From NCBI RefSeq assembly GCF_963921235.1, contig NC_086097.1:32800001-32864000 (forward strand): a DNA stretch of 64,000 bases, written 5' to 3'. Of this stretch, positions 11,313-25,812 are shown in pieces (the stretch's first letter is position 1; each line of letters starts with the position of its first letter). This DNA is from Mobula hypostoma. Lineage: Eukaryota. Below the pieces are notes generated by a model, which was not told the DNA's origin, searched no databases, and saw only the letters and a program-made list of their open reading frames with translations. The position numbers and the translations under genes are program-made.

Positions 11313-14300
11313 GGGACTTCTGGTAAGATGGTGATAGTTTAATTGCTTAAAATTGTCGTTTCGTTTCATTTCTTACCTCCGCACTTCTTATCTTCCTTTT
11401 TCTACCCCAGACTAACATTTTTTGTTCTCCTACCTGCCTGCGAATACATCTGTCCTACAATGGACTTCAAGCCCTCTAAAGCTGGGAAAAAAAAACATCT
11501 CTGCGACTGCCTCCACCTCCTCTGCTGACATTATCGCCATTCTGGACCAGCACCGACAAGAGATTATATCTGAACTTAAGTCCGAATACAAGTTTTCCTT
11601 CAGTTCGTTGGAGTCAAAATTGGATCAAATCAATTCCAAAGTGGAGGATCATGCCGTTTGTCTCTCTCATCTTGACTTAGAAACTGAAGATTTAAAATGT
11701 CACGTTCAGCAGCTGGAAGCCATTTGCTCTAATTTGAGTGAGAACAACACCAAGTTATCATTGAAAATAGCTGATCTCGAAGGTCGGAGCAGAAGGCATA
11801 ATCTACGAATCCTCGGCCTGCCACAGGCTATCAAAAGCAGAGCTCCTGTTGAATTTTTTTCCTCTTTACTTTGTGAGATTTTTGGGAAAGATACTCTTCC
11901 GATTTACCCGAGTTAGACAGAGCCCACTGTATATTTTGGTTTAAGCCTGAATTGGGCTTCTGGCCGTGCCCAGTTATACTCTGTTTTCATTGCAATCAGG
12001 TGAAAAACCTTTTGATTATGGAAGCACGTTGGAGAGGAAAATTGCATTACAAGGGCCATCCCATTCGTATTGTTGAAGATTATGCTCAAGTTTTGAGGCT
12101 GTGTGCCGAATACAAAGGTGTTATGAAAGAGTTTTACAATCGTGGATTCAGGCCCTCACTACATTACCCTGCCCATCTCCGAATAACTCTTAGTACTGGG
12201 GACAAAAAATGGTTCAACTTTGTTACAGAAGCTCAGGAATTCATCGAAAGTCTCCCTGCCACTGCGACTTCTTCAGACTTGATTTGATTATTTAAAATGG
12301 CTGATTACTATTTTTTTCCCTCTTCGGTTTTTCTTATTTTTTGTTTTCCTTTTAAATTAAATTTTTTAATTACTGAAAATGGTTTATCTCTGCTGGAAGT
12401 TCAGAAATTTATTGGAAGTTTCCTTGCTATGGCGACTCCTTCTAAATTAATTTTTTTAATTACTGAAAATGGTTTAACTCTGCTGTAAGAAGTTCAGAAA
12501 TTTATCGAAAGTCTCCTTGCTATGGAGTCTCCTTCAGACTCAATTTGATTACTTAAAATGGCCATTTGGTACTTTTTTCTTTGTTTTTTTCCCTGTTTTC
12601 TTTTTAAATTTAATTTTTAATCACTGAATTCTTTTTAATTTCTTTTCCTGTGGGTATGGTACTCTGGATTATTATTTCAAGTTAAGTCTAATACTTTTTG
12701 ATAGTAGTTTTCTTTTTTTTCTTTATGTACAATTTTAATTTGAAGTGCATAAGCTGTCTGTTTTTTTATGAACTGTTAATTAAATGGAGCTCATGCAGAC
12801 ATTCAGAAACTGGAAGTTGGGTTTAGGGGTAGTTTTTTTCTGAAGAGCTTGCTGCTGTTTTTGGTAGCTTTCTTGCTGTGGGATCTGGGGGCGGGGGGAG
12901 GGTTTCCTGGTGCCAACACTACATAAACAACCCTTAGTTACTCAGGACTTTTTTTTGTCCTGATTTTCTTGTTTTATATTTTTGCCCCAGAGCTGTTATT
13001 AGAATGTTTGTTCATATTTATGGTTACTACCCTATATGCTTTTTTATATGACAATGGTTAGCCCATTGAATCTTATAAGTTGGAATGTTAAGGGATTGAA
13101 CCATCCTGTTTAAAGAAGGAAGGTGTTTTCACATCTCAAGCAGCTCAAAGCTGACATTGCTTTTTTGCAAGAAACACATATTCGTAGTTTTGATAACTCT
13201 TGCCTTATGTCTTGGTGGGAGGGACAGCACTTTCATTCTGCTTTTCTGGCTAAAGCCGGGGGTTTCAATCCTTATTAATCAGAATGCTCCCTTTGAGCTT
13301 CACAACAAAGTTTTGGATACAAATGGTTGTTTTATTATTGTCTCTGGGAAATTGTATAATAATAGGATAGTCTTGGCTAACCTCTATGCTCCCAATTCAG
13401 ATGATTTGGGCTTTTTTGATCTTTTTTTTCTTTATTGCCTGACTTGAGTTTATATTCCCTCATATTGGATGGTGATTTTAATTGTTGGTTAGATCCAGTA
13501 TTGGATCGAACCTCCTCTGTTCCTGGACTCCCGAGTAAATCTGCTTTATTTATTCACTCTTTCCTTTCTAATTGTGGTAGTTCTGATGTGTGGCATTTTT
13601 TCCATCCTACTGAGAGAGACTATTCCTTTTTTTCACATGTTCATCATACTTTTACTAGAATTGATTATTTCTTAATGGATAATCAGCTGATTCCATCTGT
13701 TCATTCTTGCGATTATCAGAGTATAGTGATTTTGGATCATGCCCCAGTTACCCTGTCCATAAATTTCCCTTGTTTTCCTCAAATGAACAAACATTGGCGT
13801 TTTAATCCGCCCTTGCTGTCAGATAATGATTTTGTAAAATTTATGAAGGACCAGATAACTTTTTTTTTTAAACAGTACTAATATGTCATTTGAAATCTCA
13901 TCCCAGGTTGTCTGGGATGCAATGAAAGCATATTTGAGGGGTCAAGTAATTTCATATACTGTGAATCCGAAAAGAAAGACCTATTTAGAGCATTTAGCCT
14001 TGATTAGTCAAATTAAAGCAACAGACCAATTATATGCCCAGACCAAAAATCCTGACTTGTACAAGAAGAGAGTAGAACTTCAAACTAAGTTTGACCTCAT
14101 CTCCACTCAGCCGGTTGAACGCCAACTTCTTGAAAGTAAGAACCGATTTTACATTCATGGGGATAAGTCCGATAAGTTTTTAGTTAACCAACTAAGACGC
14201 TCTAAAGCTAAACAAATTACAAAATTTTGAATGGGAAATGGGAACATTACTTCGAATCATTTTGATATTAACGACATATCTAAGAACTATTATTCTTGAC

Positions 14301-16322
14301 TTTATACCTCTGAATCTTTAAATGAGAATATCTCGGTTGAGCATTTTTAAGATAGTTTAAATATTCCTTTGCGCTCCCCTGACTTTAAAGTAAAACTCAA
14401 TGAACCATTATCATTAGAGGAAATATCATCTGCCATGTATTATAGTCAGGTAAACCTCCTGGATCTGATGGTTTTTCTGCAGAATTTTATAAATCATTTT
14501 TTTCGACTGCTTTCGTCTCAATTATTTTTAGTTCTATCTGATTCGTTTAAGCATGGTAATTTGCCTGCATTATTTAATGAGGCATGTATCATTCTTTTAG
14601 CCAAAAAAGGTAAGGGTCCAACAGAGTGTTCTTTGTATAAGCTGATTTCTTTATTAAATGTCGATGTTAAAATTTTGGCTGAAGTTTTGGCTCATAGATT
14701 AAAGAACATTATACCCTCTATTTCTGAAGATCAAACTGGTTTTATCAAAAAATTGTCTTCCTTTTTTTTTTAAAATATACCACGCTTATTTAATATTTTA
14801 TATTCACCTTCAACTGGGACTCCTGAATGTGTTATTTCTCTTGATGTGGAGAAAGCGTTCGATTGTGTCGAGTGGAATTACCTTTTCGCAGTTTTAGAAA
14901 AATTTGATTTTGGACAAAGTTTCACTACATAGATTAAATTGCTATATACATGTCCCACTGCTTCTATTTTGACCAACTCTTGGCAATCCCAGCCTTTCAG
15001 CCTTAAACGGGGCACTCGTCAAGGTTGCCCTTTTAAGTCCTTTACTCTTCGATTTGGCTATAGAACCACTTGCCATTGGGTTTCGTCGCTGTGCTGAATT
15101 GATGGGGATTTGGAGGGGAAGTGTTGAGCATTAAGTTTCCCTTTATGCTGATGATCTTTTACTTTTTATATCAAACCCAACTACCTCCTTACCCTTAATG
15201 TTTTCACTTCTTAATAAATTTAGTCAGCTTTCTGGTTATAAACTTAATTTACGTAAGAGTGAACTCCTTCCAATTAATAGAGAAACACAAGCTTTAGTAT
15301 TCTATGACCTCCCTTTTAAAGTAAGTAACAATCAATTCACTTATCTTGGCATTACAGTAACAAGGAACTTTAAGAATCTTTTTTGAGAAAATTTTACCAA
15401 TCTTCTAAACTCTACAAAACAGAGTTTGACACCGTGGACACCCTTGTCTATGTCTCTTGTAGGTCATATTAATGTTATTAAAATGTATATCCTTCCTAAA
15501 TTTTTGTATCTATTTCAGTCTTTACCAGTTTTTATTTCTAAAGCTTTTTTTGGTGGGTAAGATTCTATTATTTCGTCTTATCTATGGAAGGGTAAACGCC
15601 CTAGACTTAATAAAGCTCACCTTCAAAAATCTAAAAAGGAAGGTGGTATGGCCTTGCCTAATTTTCGTTTATATTATTGGGCAGTCAATATTCATTGTCT
15701 TTTTTTTTTGTCTTCCTCCCACAAGTCTGACTGCCCAAAATGGGTGGCAATGGAGTTGAACTCTATTAAGGATCTTTCTATTTCTGCACTTCTCGGTTCC
15801 ACACTTCCTTGTCATTTGCCTAGATTAATTGTTAATCCTGTTATCAGACATACTTTAAAAATATGGGCTCAGTTCAGAAAATTTAATGGTCTTCATGGTT
15901 TTTCTCTCTCTAGCCCTATTTTACACAATCATCTTTTCCTACCTTCTATGCGGGATTCGACATTTCACCATTGGTATAGAAAGGGTATTAGGCGCTTTGA
16001 AGATCTTTTCATAGGTAATCGTTTTGCAACTTTTCAACAACTGTCTGTAAAGTTTAATCTACCTAATGCTCATTTCTTTAGATATCTTCAAATTAGACAT
16101 TTCAGTAACCCTTTGATACCAAACTTTCCTGAGATGCCTGAGAAAAATATTCTGGACTTGTTTCTTTGCATCAATCCATTGGGTAAAGGTTTCATATCTG
16201 CTATTCGGGATAAGTTAGTGACTTTGAGGCGTGCCCCCTTCGATAAAATTAGAACTGCCTGGGAACATGATTTAAGTATCTCCTTACCTGATGCCATTTG
16301 GGATTCAATTCTTAAGTCAGTC
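11313..16322 (+). mobile_element. L1-B: near full-length L1-clade LINE (5' end, ORF1, ORF2), segment 1 of 2
   Basis: 5' gggacttctggtaagatgg. ORF1 LEGRSRRHNLRILGLP..PVILCFH..IVEDY..YPAHLRITL. ORF2 from ~13054 with SWNVKG, NLYAPN, GDFN, TRIDY, RT GTRQGCP and YADD. ~15-bp TSD at 11298-11312 / 25502-25516. Confidence 0.9.
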
Positions 16323-19300
16323 GCTGATTCTGCAGGGAGAGGTCATGGAGTGAGGTCATCTCTGGGTTTGTTCCATTCCCGTAATCTTTTTTAACCTATG
16401 ATCTCCTTGATCTAATTAATTTTATCCACACCAGAAGATTTATTCTATCATACTGATTCATTGATTTTACTGATTTCTTTGTAAATTGCAACTCTGGAGT
16501 TTAAAGAAATGAGTCCGAGATCCAAAGCCAAAGATGGGAAAGACTCTGACTGGAACGGAAGAAAAAAGAAAGGTGATTCCAAACAAACGGAATCAACTTA
16601 TGAGGTTATAATGAAGTGTCTGGAGGAAAAGCTCGAGGAACATCGGCAAAAATTATCCTAAAGTTTATCTGCTCAACTTGAACAACATCGCCAAAGCCTT
16701 AATGAAGATTTAAAATCAATCACGGAATCTTTGAAATCTCTGGAATGCGAAGTTCAAAAACATGGAGGTAAAATTTCTGAACTGGATATTAAGTCTCAGA
16801 AGACGGGTTCAAAAGTTGGGAACTTAGAGAAGAATTTAGCTTCGACTACTAAACAACTGCAACACCTTAAATCCAAAGTTATCGATCTTGAAAATCGATC
16901 GAGAAGAAAAAACTTATGCTTAATTGGCTTACCCGAGGATGTTGAGGCTGGAGACCCTGCAATATTCTTTGCTCAACTTTTAAAGGATATGTTCAGTTCA
17001 GTCTTTCCCAACGACCCTCCATTACTCGATCGTGCCCATCGTATACCGTGGATAAAGTCGGCAGCGGCTGTATCCAAACCCAGACCAGTTATTCTTCGTT
17101 TCCATTATGTTAATGTTAAAGAACAGCTTCTCCAGGCTGCTCGTCGACAAGGGATGATCAAGTATCGCCAGCATTCCTTCAGGATAGTTCAAGATTATAG
17201 TCCTGAAGTGATGGAGCGACTGACTTTTAAACCTCTGATGTCAGAATGTTATCAAAAAAATCTCAAACTGGCACTCTTGTATCCTGCACGTCTCAGAATC
17301 TCTCTTTCTGATGGATCTCATCGTGTCTTCCATCCCATAACCACCACTCGAAGTTTTTTGGATGATAACTACCCATCTGACACAGATACCCTTCTTTAAT
17401 GCCCGGTGCTATCTGCACCAGCTTTTTTCTCTGGTGTTTTTCTTAAAAACAAACCTTCTACCACCGTACGATGAAGGTTTTTTATAAGCTCAAGATTTGT
17501 GTTTTGTGCTTACTACTATAGTTATTATTCTATAACCTATATAGAATACTTATTTCTTGTGAATAACATCATTTTCTTTTAGTTAATTTTTTCTTTAACT
17601 TTCTGTTTTTCATTATTATTACTAATGATTTGATCTGACGATCATTTTTAGTTATATGTTTTTTATTTTTGGTTTCCGTATAATTAAAATGGCGATTTGT
17701 CTTTCTTTTTACATAATCTCCTTTGTTCTTTTTGGGACGCCATGTTCCTGTTTCTTCTTCCCATAATCCCTTTTCTTTTCTGGAAGCGACATTTTACTTA
17801 CTCATTTATAATTAACTAATCATACATATTGATACTAATTTTTTAAATTTATATATTTTAGTAATTATACTATGTAGATTATTTTACTATAGTGTTTATT
17901 TTTTATATACATCAGTTTCCGGGGGGTCATCTATATAACATATATCTTTGGAGTTGAGTTGCTCCTGCAGAAAAGGGGTTAGAGTTAGTATTAGTTAGTG
18001 CTTTCTTCAGCCTTCCTTGGCTTAGTTCGGGGTTCTTGGGGTTGGTGGGTGGGGTAGTCATTTTCTTTTTTAATTTTTTCTATTGGGCTGATTTAGAACT
18101 ACAAAGAAGTCCGCAGTGTCGAGATTTCCAGTTCCTCTCTGATCATGTATTCCTCTTCCGATTTCATGAGTTTACATTATGGTTAACCCTTTACTTACCA
18201 AAGGGTTAATCTTAAATTATGGCTCACAATATTAATTTTGTCTCTTGGAATACAAATGGTTTAAACCACCCAATAAAACGGAAAAAGATTTTCAAAGTAT
18301 TCCAAAGACTGAATGCTCATATTATTTTTGCACAAGAAACTCATGTAAGGAACAAGGATAATCAATGCTTCTTTAAGTTTTGGAAAGAACAACAATACCA
18401 CTCAAACGCTCAAGCCAAAATTAAAGGCGTTTCAATTTTTATAGATCCCTCAATTACATTTATTCATCAAGACATTATCTCAGATCCTAATGGCAGATTT
18501 TTGTTAATCACTGGGGTACTTTTTAATAAAAAGGTTGCTATGGTTAATGTTTACGCTCCGAATGTGGATTATCCTGAATTTTTTTAAACATCTATTCACT
18601 TCCTTTCCTAACTTAAACGAGATATGTTGATAATGGGCGGTGACTTTAACTTATGTTTGAATCCCATGTTGGACAGATCCATAGGTAGTCCGGCTTTACA
18701 GAATAAGTCGGCTACTCTTATTAACTCTTTTATGTTTGATTCTGGGATTTCAGAAATTTGGAGATTTCTACATCCAAACGACAAAGAATTCTCTTTTTTT
18801 TCACGTTCATCGTTCTTATTCCCGAATTGACTATTTTTTTTATTGACTCTCGATTAATCCCATCTGTAGTTGATTGTAATTACGACATTATCACCATTTC
18901 AGATCTTGCTCCCATGAAACTTTCTATCAAGTTAATGGATACTTCTTCTACTAATAGACAAGGGCGATTTAACCCTATTTTGCTTCAAGACTCGGACTTT
19001 GTCAAGTTTATAAAGGATCAGATTGATTTCTTCTTTTCAACTAATATTACCGAAGAAGTTTCCAATGGAACTGTTTGGAACGCTTTTAAAGCTTATATCC
19101 GTGGTCAGATTATTTCCTATTCGGCTGGTTTGAAAAGACATGCTAAGAATGAAATACTCTTGTTGGTTGATAAAATTAAAGAAACCAATAAAAAATATGC
19201 TATTTCTCCCAGTAAGGAGCTATACAAACATAGAGTTGAACTTCAATTGGAACATAGCTTATTATTAACATCCTCAATTGAAAATCAATTAATGAGAACT

Positions 19301-21658
19301 AGAAGTGATTTTTATATTCATAGTGATAAATCGGGTAAATTATTGGCTAATCAATTGAAATTCGATTTGGTTAAACGTCAAATTACTAAGATTCGTAAAC
19401 ACGATGATACTTTGACAGTTGATCATGTTGGGATAAACAAAACCTTTCAAGAATTTTATACCTCTCTATATCACTCTGATTTTCCTCATGATTCCAATTT
19501 CATGCATGATTTTTTATATAAGCTGAATTTTCTGAAATTATCTCCCGAAGATTGCTTATCATTAGAAACTCCCATTACAGAGGAAGAAATAATAACTGCA
19601 ATCTCATCATTGAATTCTGGTAAAGCACCCGGTCCGGGCGGGTTTACGGTGGAATTTAAAAAAATTTCCCCCCCCCATTCTCTCTCCGAGGTTGTCTAGA
19701 ATATTCAAAAAAGCAATCAGTTTAGGTAAATTACCACAATCGTTTTATGAAGCCTCTATCTCTTTAATTCTTAAAAAGAATAAAGATCCTACTGATTGTG
19801 CATCATACAGACCGATATCTCTTTTGAATGTTGATTCAAAAATTTTTTCAAAAATTCTAGCAACGAGGTTAGAGAAGGTATTACCTCAAATTATATCTAT
19901 GGATCAAACCGGATTTATTAAAAATCATTATTCATCTTTTAATATTAGGAGGTTAATGAATATTGTTTATACCCCCTCACTTACTACCCCGGAATGTATT
20001 ATCTCATTAGATGCTGAGAAAGCCTTTGACAAGAGTCGAATGGCCTTATTTATTTAATGTCCTTGAGAAATTTAATTTTAGTCTGACAAGTGTCTTGGAT
20101 TAAATTGTTATATTACTCCCCGGTAGCCTCGGTTTGTACTAATAATCACAGATCTCCTTTTTTTCGTCTTTTTCATGGTACTAGGCAAGAATGTCCTCTT
20201 AGTCCTTTACTTTTCAATATTGCCCTTGAACCTTTAGCAATTGCTATCCGTGACTCGCCCAATATTTTTGGTATTACCCGCGGAAATGAAACAGATGATT
20301 TGTTGTTATACATCTCCAATCCGGAGAAGTCAATTCCTGTTACTCTAGGTTTGTTGGCTCAATTTAGTAATTTTTCTGGTTACAAATTGAACCTTAATAA
20401 GAGTGAATTATTCCCCCTAAATAAGCAGGTACCTATTTATGGACGTTTACCATTTAAATTGGTTACTGATTCATTTATATATTTAGGGATAACAATTACG
20501 AAAAAGTATAAAGATTTATTTAAAGCTAATTTTTTACCTTTAATTGATCAGATTAAACTTTTGTTTACTAAATGGTCACCAATCTCTTTGTCTTTGATTG
20601 GTCGGATTAATGCTATTAAGATGATCATTTGGCCCAAATTTTTATATGTATTTCAATCGGTTCCAATTTTTATCCCAAAATCTTTTTTCGATAACGTAGA
20701 CTCAAAAATTTCCTCATATATATATGGTAGAACAAAACTCCTAGGTTAGGTAAAAGGTATTTACAGAAACCTAAAAAAGGGGGGGGCTTGCCCTCCCAAA
20801 TCTTAGATTCTATTATTGGGCAATTAATATTTGATATTTAAAATTTTGGTTACGAGATTTGGATGTATCTTTAAATCCACATTGGGTAAATCTTGAATGT
20901 AATTCATTACAAGGGTTTTCCTTAGGTTCGGTTTTAGGAACTTCGCTTCCTTTTACTTCTTCCAAATTATATAAACAAATGAATAATCCAATAGTTAAGC
21001 ATACTTTATGTATATGGTTTCAATTTTGAAGTTTTTTGGATTTAATCAATTTATTTTAGCAAGTCCTATTATATTTAATTTCCTTTTTCAACCTTCCACT
21101 ATGGATCAAGCTTACTTTGATTGGTAAACCAAAGGTATAATACGTTTTCGTGATTTATTTCTGGATAATTGTTTCATGTCTTTTGATCAACTCTCTAATA
21201 AATATAACCTACCCAGATCTCACTTCTTTAGATATCTACAGATTAGAAACTTTTTAATTACTGTTTCTCCTAATTTTCCACACCCATATCCAATGGACAC
21301 TTTAGAAAAAATTTTAGATTTAAATCTCTCTCAGAAAAGTGTTGTAGCAATTATATATAATATAATTATGAATTTATGCCCTGATGTTTCCAATAAAATT
21401 AAAGCTGAATGGGAAAGAGAATTTAAGATTATTATACCGATTGAAAAATGAGAAAAAATTCTTCAATTGGTTAATTTATCCTCTATATGTGCTAAACATG
21501 TGTTGATACAGTTTAAAGTACTACACAGGGCTCATATGTCCAAAGATAAACTATCTCGTTATTATTCTTATACTAATCCAATAAGTGACAGATGTCATTG
21601 CGAGATAGCTTCTTTAACTCACATGTTTTGGTCATGTCCTTTGTTGGAACAATATTGG
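16323..21658 (+). mobile_element. L1-C: near full-length L1-clade LINE (ORF1 ~16510-17399; ORF2 from 18219), segment 1 of 2
   Basis: ORF1 LENRSRRKNLCLIGLPE..LDRAHR..PRPVILRFH..LLYPARLRI. ORF2 MAHNINFVSWNTNGLNHP..YRPISLLNVD..SLDAEKAFD..CHCEIASLTHMFWSC. Exact 17-bp TSD caattcttaagtcagtc at 16306-16322 / 24594-24610. Confidence 0.92.
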
Positions 21659-23875
21659 GCCTCGGTCCGTACTAACTCTTTAAACTCACCTTTTTTTCCT
21701 CTCTTTCGAGGTACTCGACAAGGCTGTCCTCTTAGTCCCCTATTATTTGATATTGCATTAGAACCTCTTGCAATTGCTATTCGAGAATCTTCAAATATTA
21801 CTGGGATAACTCGGGGATTAAAGTCCCATAAATTATCACTCTATGCTGATGATTTACTGTTATATATTTCTAATCCTGAGAAATCCATTCCTGCTGTTTT
21901 AGAGTTATTAGCACAATTTGGTTTTTTTCAGGTTATAAATTAAATCTTAGTAAGAGTGAACTCTTTCCGATTAATAAACATCTTCCCTTATATTATAAAT
22001 TTCCATTTAAATTAATTGATAATTATTTTTCTTATCTTGGGATTAAAATTACTTGTAAATATAAAGATTTATTTAAGATTAACTTTTTACCATTAATAGA
22101 CCATATTACTCAACTTTCATCTAAATGGTTTCCCTTATATTTAACTTTGATTGGTCGTATTAATGCAGTTAAGATGTTTTTTTTGCCAAAATTTTTATAT
22201 GTGTTTCAGGCATTACCAATTTTTGTTCCAAAATCTTTCTTTGATAAAGTTGACTCTAAAATTTCTTCATTTATTTGGCAGAATAAGAATCTGAGACTGG
22301 GTAAAATACATTTACAGAAAGCTAAGAGAGATGGAGGTTTAGCATTACCTAACTTTAGATTCTATTATTGGGCTATTAATATTCGACATATGAAATTTTG
22401 GTTACTTGATCAGGATATACTATCTATTCCTAAATGGGTAGCATTGGAACTACAATCTGTTCAGGGTTATACACTTGGCTCTATTTTAGGCTCCTCTCTC
22501 CCTTTTGATTCGAAACGCCTTAAGCAGGTCTCTAACCCGATAGTTAAATATGCTTTGCGCATTTGGTTTCAATTCAGAAAATTTTTTGATCTTAATCAAT
22601 TCGGGTTAGCGATTCCTATTTTAGGTAACATATTTTTTCCTCCCTCTTTTACGGATCGCGCTTTTCAAACCTGGAAGACTAAGGGTATTTTACGGTTTTT
22701 GGATTTATTTTTAGATGGTTCCCTTATGTCTTTTGAACAATTATCTAATAAATATAATTTATCAAGAATACATTTTTTTAGATATTTACAAGTTAGAAAT
22801 TTCCTAAGTACTATACTTTCTTCCTTTCCAATGCTTCCTCCTACATATATTTTAGATTCGATAATTAACCTCAATCCATGTCAGAAAGGTGCATCGGCTA
22901 TGATTTATAATATTATTATGAAACTTAGGAAAGCTCCATTTGATAAGATTAGGGTAGATTGGGAACAGGAATTGGGGCTCACCATTTCTGTGGATGATTG
23001 GGGGCAGATTTTACAATTAGTTAATACTTCCTCTATTTGTGCTAAACATTCCCTAATTCAATTTAAAGTGGTTCATAGAGCACATATGTCCAAAGATAAG
23101 TTAGCGCGTTTTTACTCGCATATTAATCCTTTTTGTGATAGATGTTCGGGGCAGATAGCCTCTTTAACTCATATGTTTTGGTCTTGTCCTACTTTGGAAA
23201 CTTTTTGGAGAGATATTTTTAATATTATTTCTAAGGTATTAAATATAGATATCTCTCCTCACCCTATTACTGCTATCTTTGGACTTCCTAAAATTTCTAG
23301 TAATCTTTCCCCTTCAGCCCGTAGAATGATCGCATTTCTTACTTTAATGGCGAAAAGGTGTATTTTACAACATTGGAAAGAGCTTAATGCTCCAACTACC
23401 TTTTTTTTGGTTCTCTCAGACGATTTTATGTTTGAATCTGGAGAAAATTAGAAGCAACCTTTATGATTCTTCATTTAAATTTGAACAGATTTGGGGACCT
23501 TTTATTCGATACTTTCATTTAATGTAATACATACCCTTCTTGTTTTTTTTCACTGTTTTTAAAGGAGGTCGGGATTGAGGACGTGATTTTAAGTTTAACT
23601 CTGTTTGGTTTCAAGTTAGCCCATTGCTTTGCTTTGCTTTTAGTTAGTTGCACAGTGGGTTTTTTTTTGGGGTTTTTTTTTCCATTGATATATATATAAA
23701 ATTTAGTATACTATTATGTTATCTTGGTTTTTTATGTTTAAATTACATTGTTTGTAGTATTTTTTTTGGTATTGATACCTTCTGGAATTCTATTATATTT
23801 TAACATTGTATTAATGTTTATATGGTTTACCTTTTTGTATACTTATTCAATAAAAAGATTTAAAAAGAAAAGAAA
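21659..23875 (+). mobile_element. L1-D: 5'-truncated L1-clade LINE inserted in L1-C
   Basis: Starts in RT (GTRQGCPLSPLLF..LYADD); 434-aa open stretch with CDRC..HMFWSC; 3' UTR with aataaa and a (gaaa)-rich tail. 13-bp TSD gga(ac/aa)aatattgg at 21646-21658 / 23876-23888. Confidence 0.92.
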
Positions 23876-23888
23876 GGAAAAATATTGG

Positions 23889-24593
23889 AAAGATATTTTT
23901 GACATTATTTCACCAGTTTTGAATATAGACTTACAACTTCATCCAATTACTGCTATCTTTGGGTTACCAATGATAGATTCAAATTATTTAACCTCTTCAG
24001 CACGTAGGATGATTGCATTTCTTACTCTAATGGCTAGAAGATCCATTTTGCTGAATTGGAAAGAGATTAACCCTCCTACTGTATTTCATTGGTTTTCACA
24101 AACTATGGTATGTTTGAATTTGGAAAAAATTAGAAGTGCGGTTTATGACCCTTCCATTACATTTGAAAAAAACTTGGAGGCCATTCATTCAGCATTTTCA
24201 TTTGATGTAATTTGACCATTTCCAAACTTGTTTTATTTCTCTGTTCTGTTGGTTGAGAGGAATGGAGTCGTCGACACTAAGGTTTTCTTCTTTCCCATTT
24301 TCAAGTTGTTAGTATTGCCCAAGTCTTTTAGTTTAGTTGACTAATTCCGTTTAGTTTAGTTTTTTTTTGGGATGGGGTTTGTTTTTTCTTCTTTTTTTTT
24401 TCTTTTTCATGATTTTTCCTGTTTTTTTTTGCTTTGTATTATTCATTGTTACTCCACACGATTGGGAGCTTCGTCAACTTATACTATTTGGTTTTACAAT
24501 TACTCATTTTAAGTGTAACAATGTATCCCCTACTACTTGTATTTTTGCTTTATGTTTTCATTCTATGAAATCAATAAAAAGATTGAAAAGGAA
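23889..24593 (+). mobile_element. L1-C segment 2 (ORF2 C-terminus and 3' UTR/tail)
   Basis: KDIFDIISPVLNIDLQLHPITAIFGLP..ARRSILLNWKE resumes the interrupted frame; ends aataaaaagattgaaaaggaa. Confidence 0.88.
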
Positions 24594-24610
24594 CAATTCT
24601 TAAGTCAGTC

Positions 24611-25501
24611 AACTCAACCTCTCTATGTGCTCGCCACTGCCTTTCGCAGTTTAAGGTTGTACACAGGACTCATATATCTAAAACTAAGTTATCACGGTTT
24701 TACCCTGACATTAGTCCTGTCTGTGATAAGCGTAAAGGGGCCGAGGCTTCCCTTATTCGTACGTACTGGACCTATCCTAGTCTAGAGAAATTCTGGAGAG
24801 AAGTTTTTTCAACCCTATCTCATATTCTTAATTGCCATTTAGAACCTAACCCTCTGGTTGCTCTTTTTGGCACCTCGGGTGAAGTAGATATGCACTTGAC
24901 TCCGACTAAATGTTGAACATTATCTTTTGCCTCTCGCTTGGCTAGATGGTTGGTTCTTCTTAGGTGGAAAGATGCTGCCCCACCCACTCATGCTCAATGG
25001 TTTAGTGATATGTCCTGTTTAGACCTTGAAAAGATTATTCACTTCTTAATTCGGACAAAGTTTCATAAGGTGTGGGGACCTTTTCTTGAATATTTTCATA
25101 ACTCTTCTTTAGGTTAAGTTTATCCTTTTTTTGTATGCTACAATCCCTTACTTTCAGCTTTCTTTTTGTAAGTTGTACGGTTTTTTTGTTGCGAATTACA
25201 TTATACTTCTGGTAGTTGGCATTATACCTTCTTTTTTCCTATATATATTTACAGTTCTCTGGGGTTGTATGCTCCGATTAATTTTTTTTTCTTTTACACG
25301 CAGAAATGGTTGGCCTGGGTTTTTTTTCCAGTGGGAGGTTGGGGTGGATATTAATTTTACATAATTCTATCTTGGGTGCTTTTTTTATAGTTATGAATTA
25401 TATACTAGATTTGTTTGTTTCACACTGTATAAATCTCCATTTTGTTGTTGGGTTTTTTCTGTAGTTTTCTGTAGAAACACATAAAAAAATTAGTAAAAAA
25501 A
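24611..25501 (+). mobile_element. L1-B segment 2 (ORF2 C-terminus and 3' UTR/A tail)
   Basis: NSTSLCARH..QFKVVHRTHISKTKL resumes after the 17-bp TSD; A-rich tail precedes the TSD at 25502. Confidence 0.88.
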
Positions 25502-25516
25502 GAAAGCTGCTTCGGC

Positions 25517-25812
25517 TAAACATCAGATTATTAAAGTTCGTAAATGGGATGGTACTTTGGCGGTTGACCACGATGAAATTAATAAATCTTTTCAAGAATT
25601 CTATACCTCTTTATACCAATCAGAATTTCCTGACGATTCTACCATAATGCATGAATTTTTAAGAAAATTGAATATTCTGAAATTACCACTTAATGAATGT
25701 TTAACATTAGATGCACCCATTACAGAAGGAGAAATAAAGAAAGCAATTTCCTCGAATTCTGGTAAAGCACCCAGCCAGGATGGGTAAACAGAAGAATTTT
25801 AAAAAATCTTTT
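25517..25812 (+). mobile_element. L1-A segment 2
   Basis: KHQIIKVRKWDGTLAVDHDEINKSFQEFYTSLYQSE..PITEGEIKKAISSNSGKAP continues from LLANQLKA at 11300. Confidence 0.82.

Noticed and set aside
22147..23451. 434-aa ORF as a functional protein
   Set aside because: It is the C-terminal part of a 5'-truncated, frameshifted L1 ORF2.
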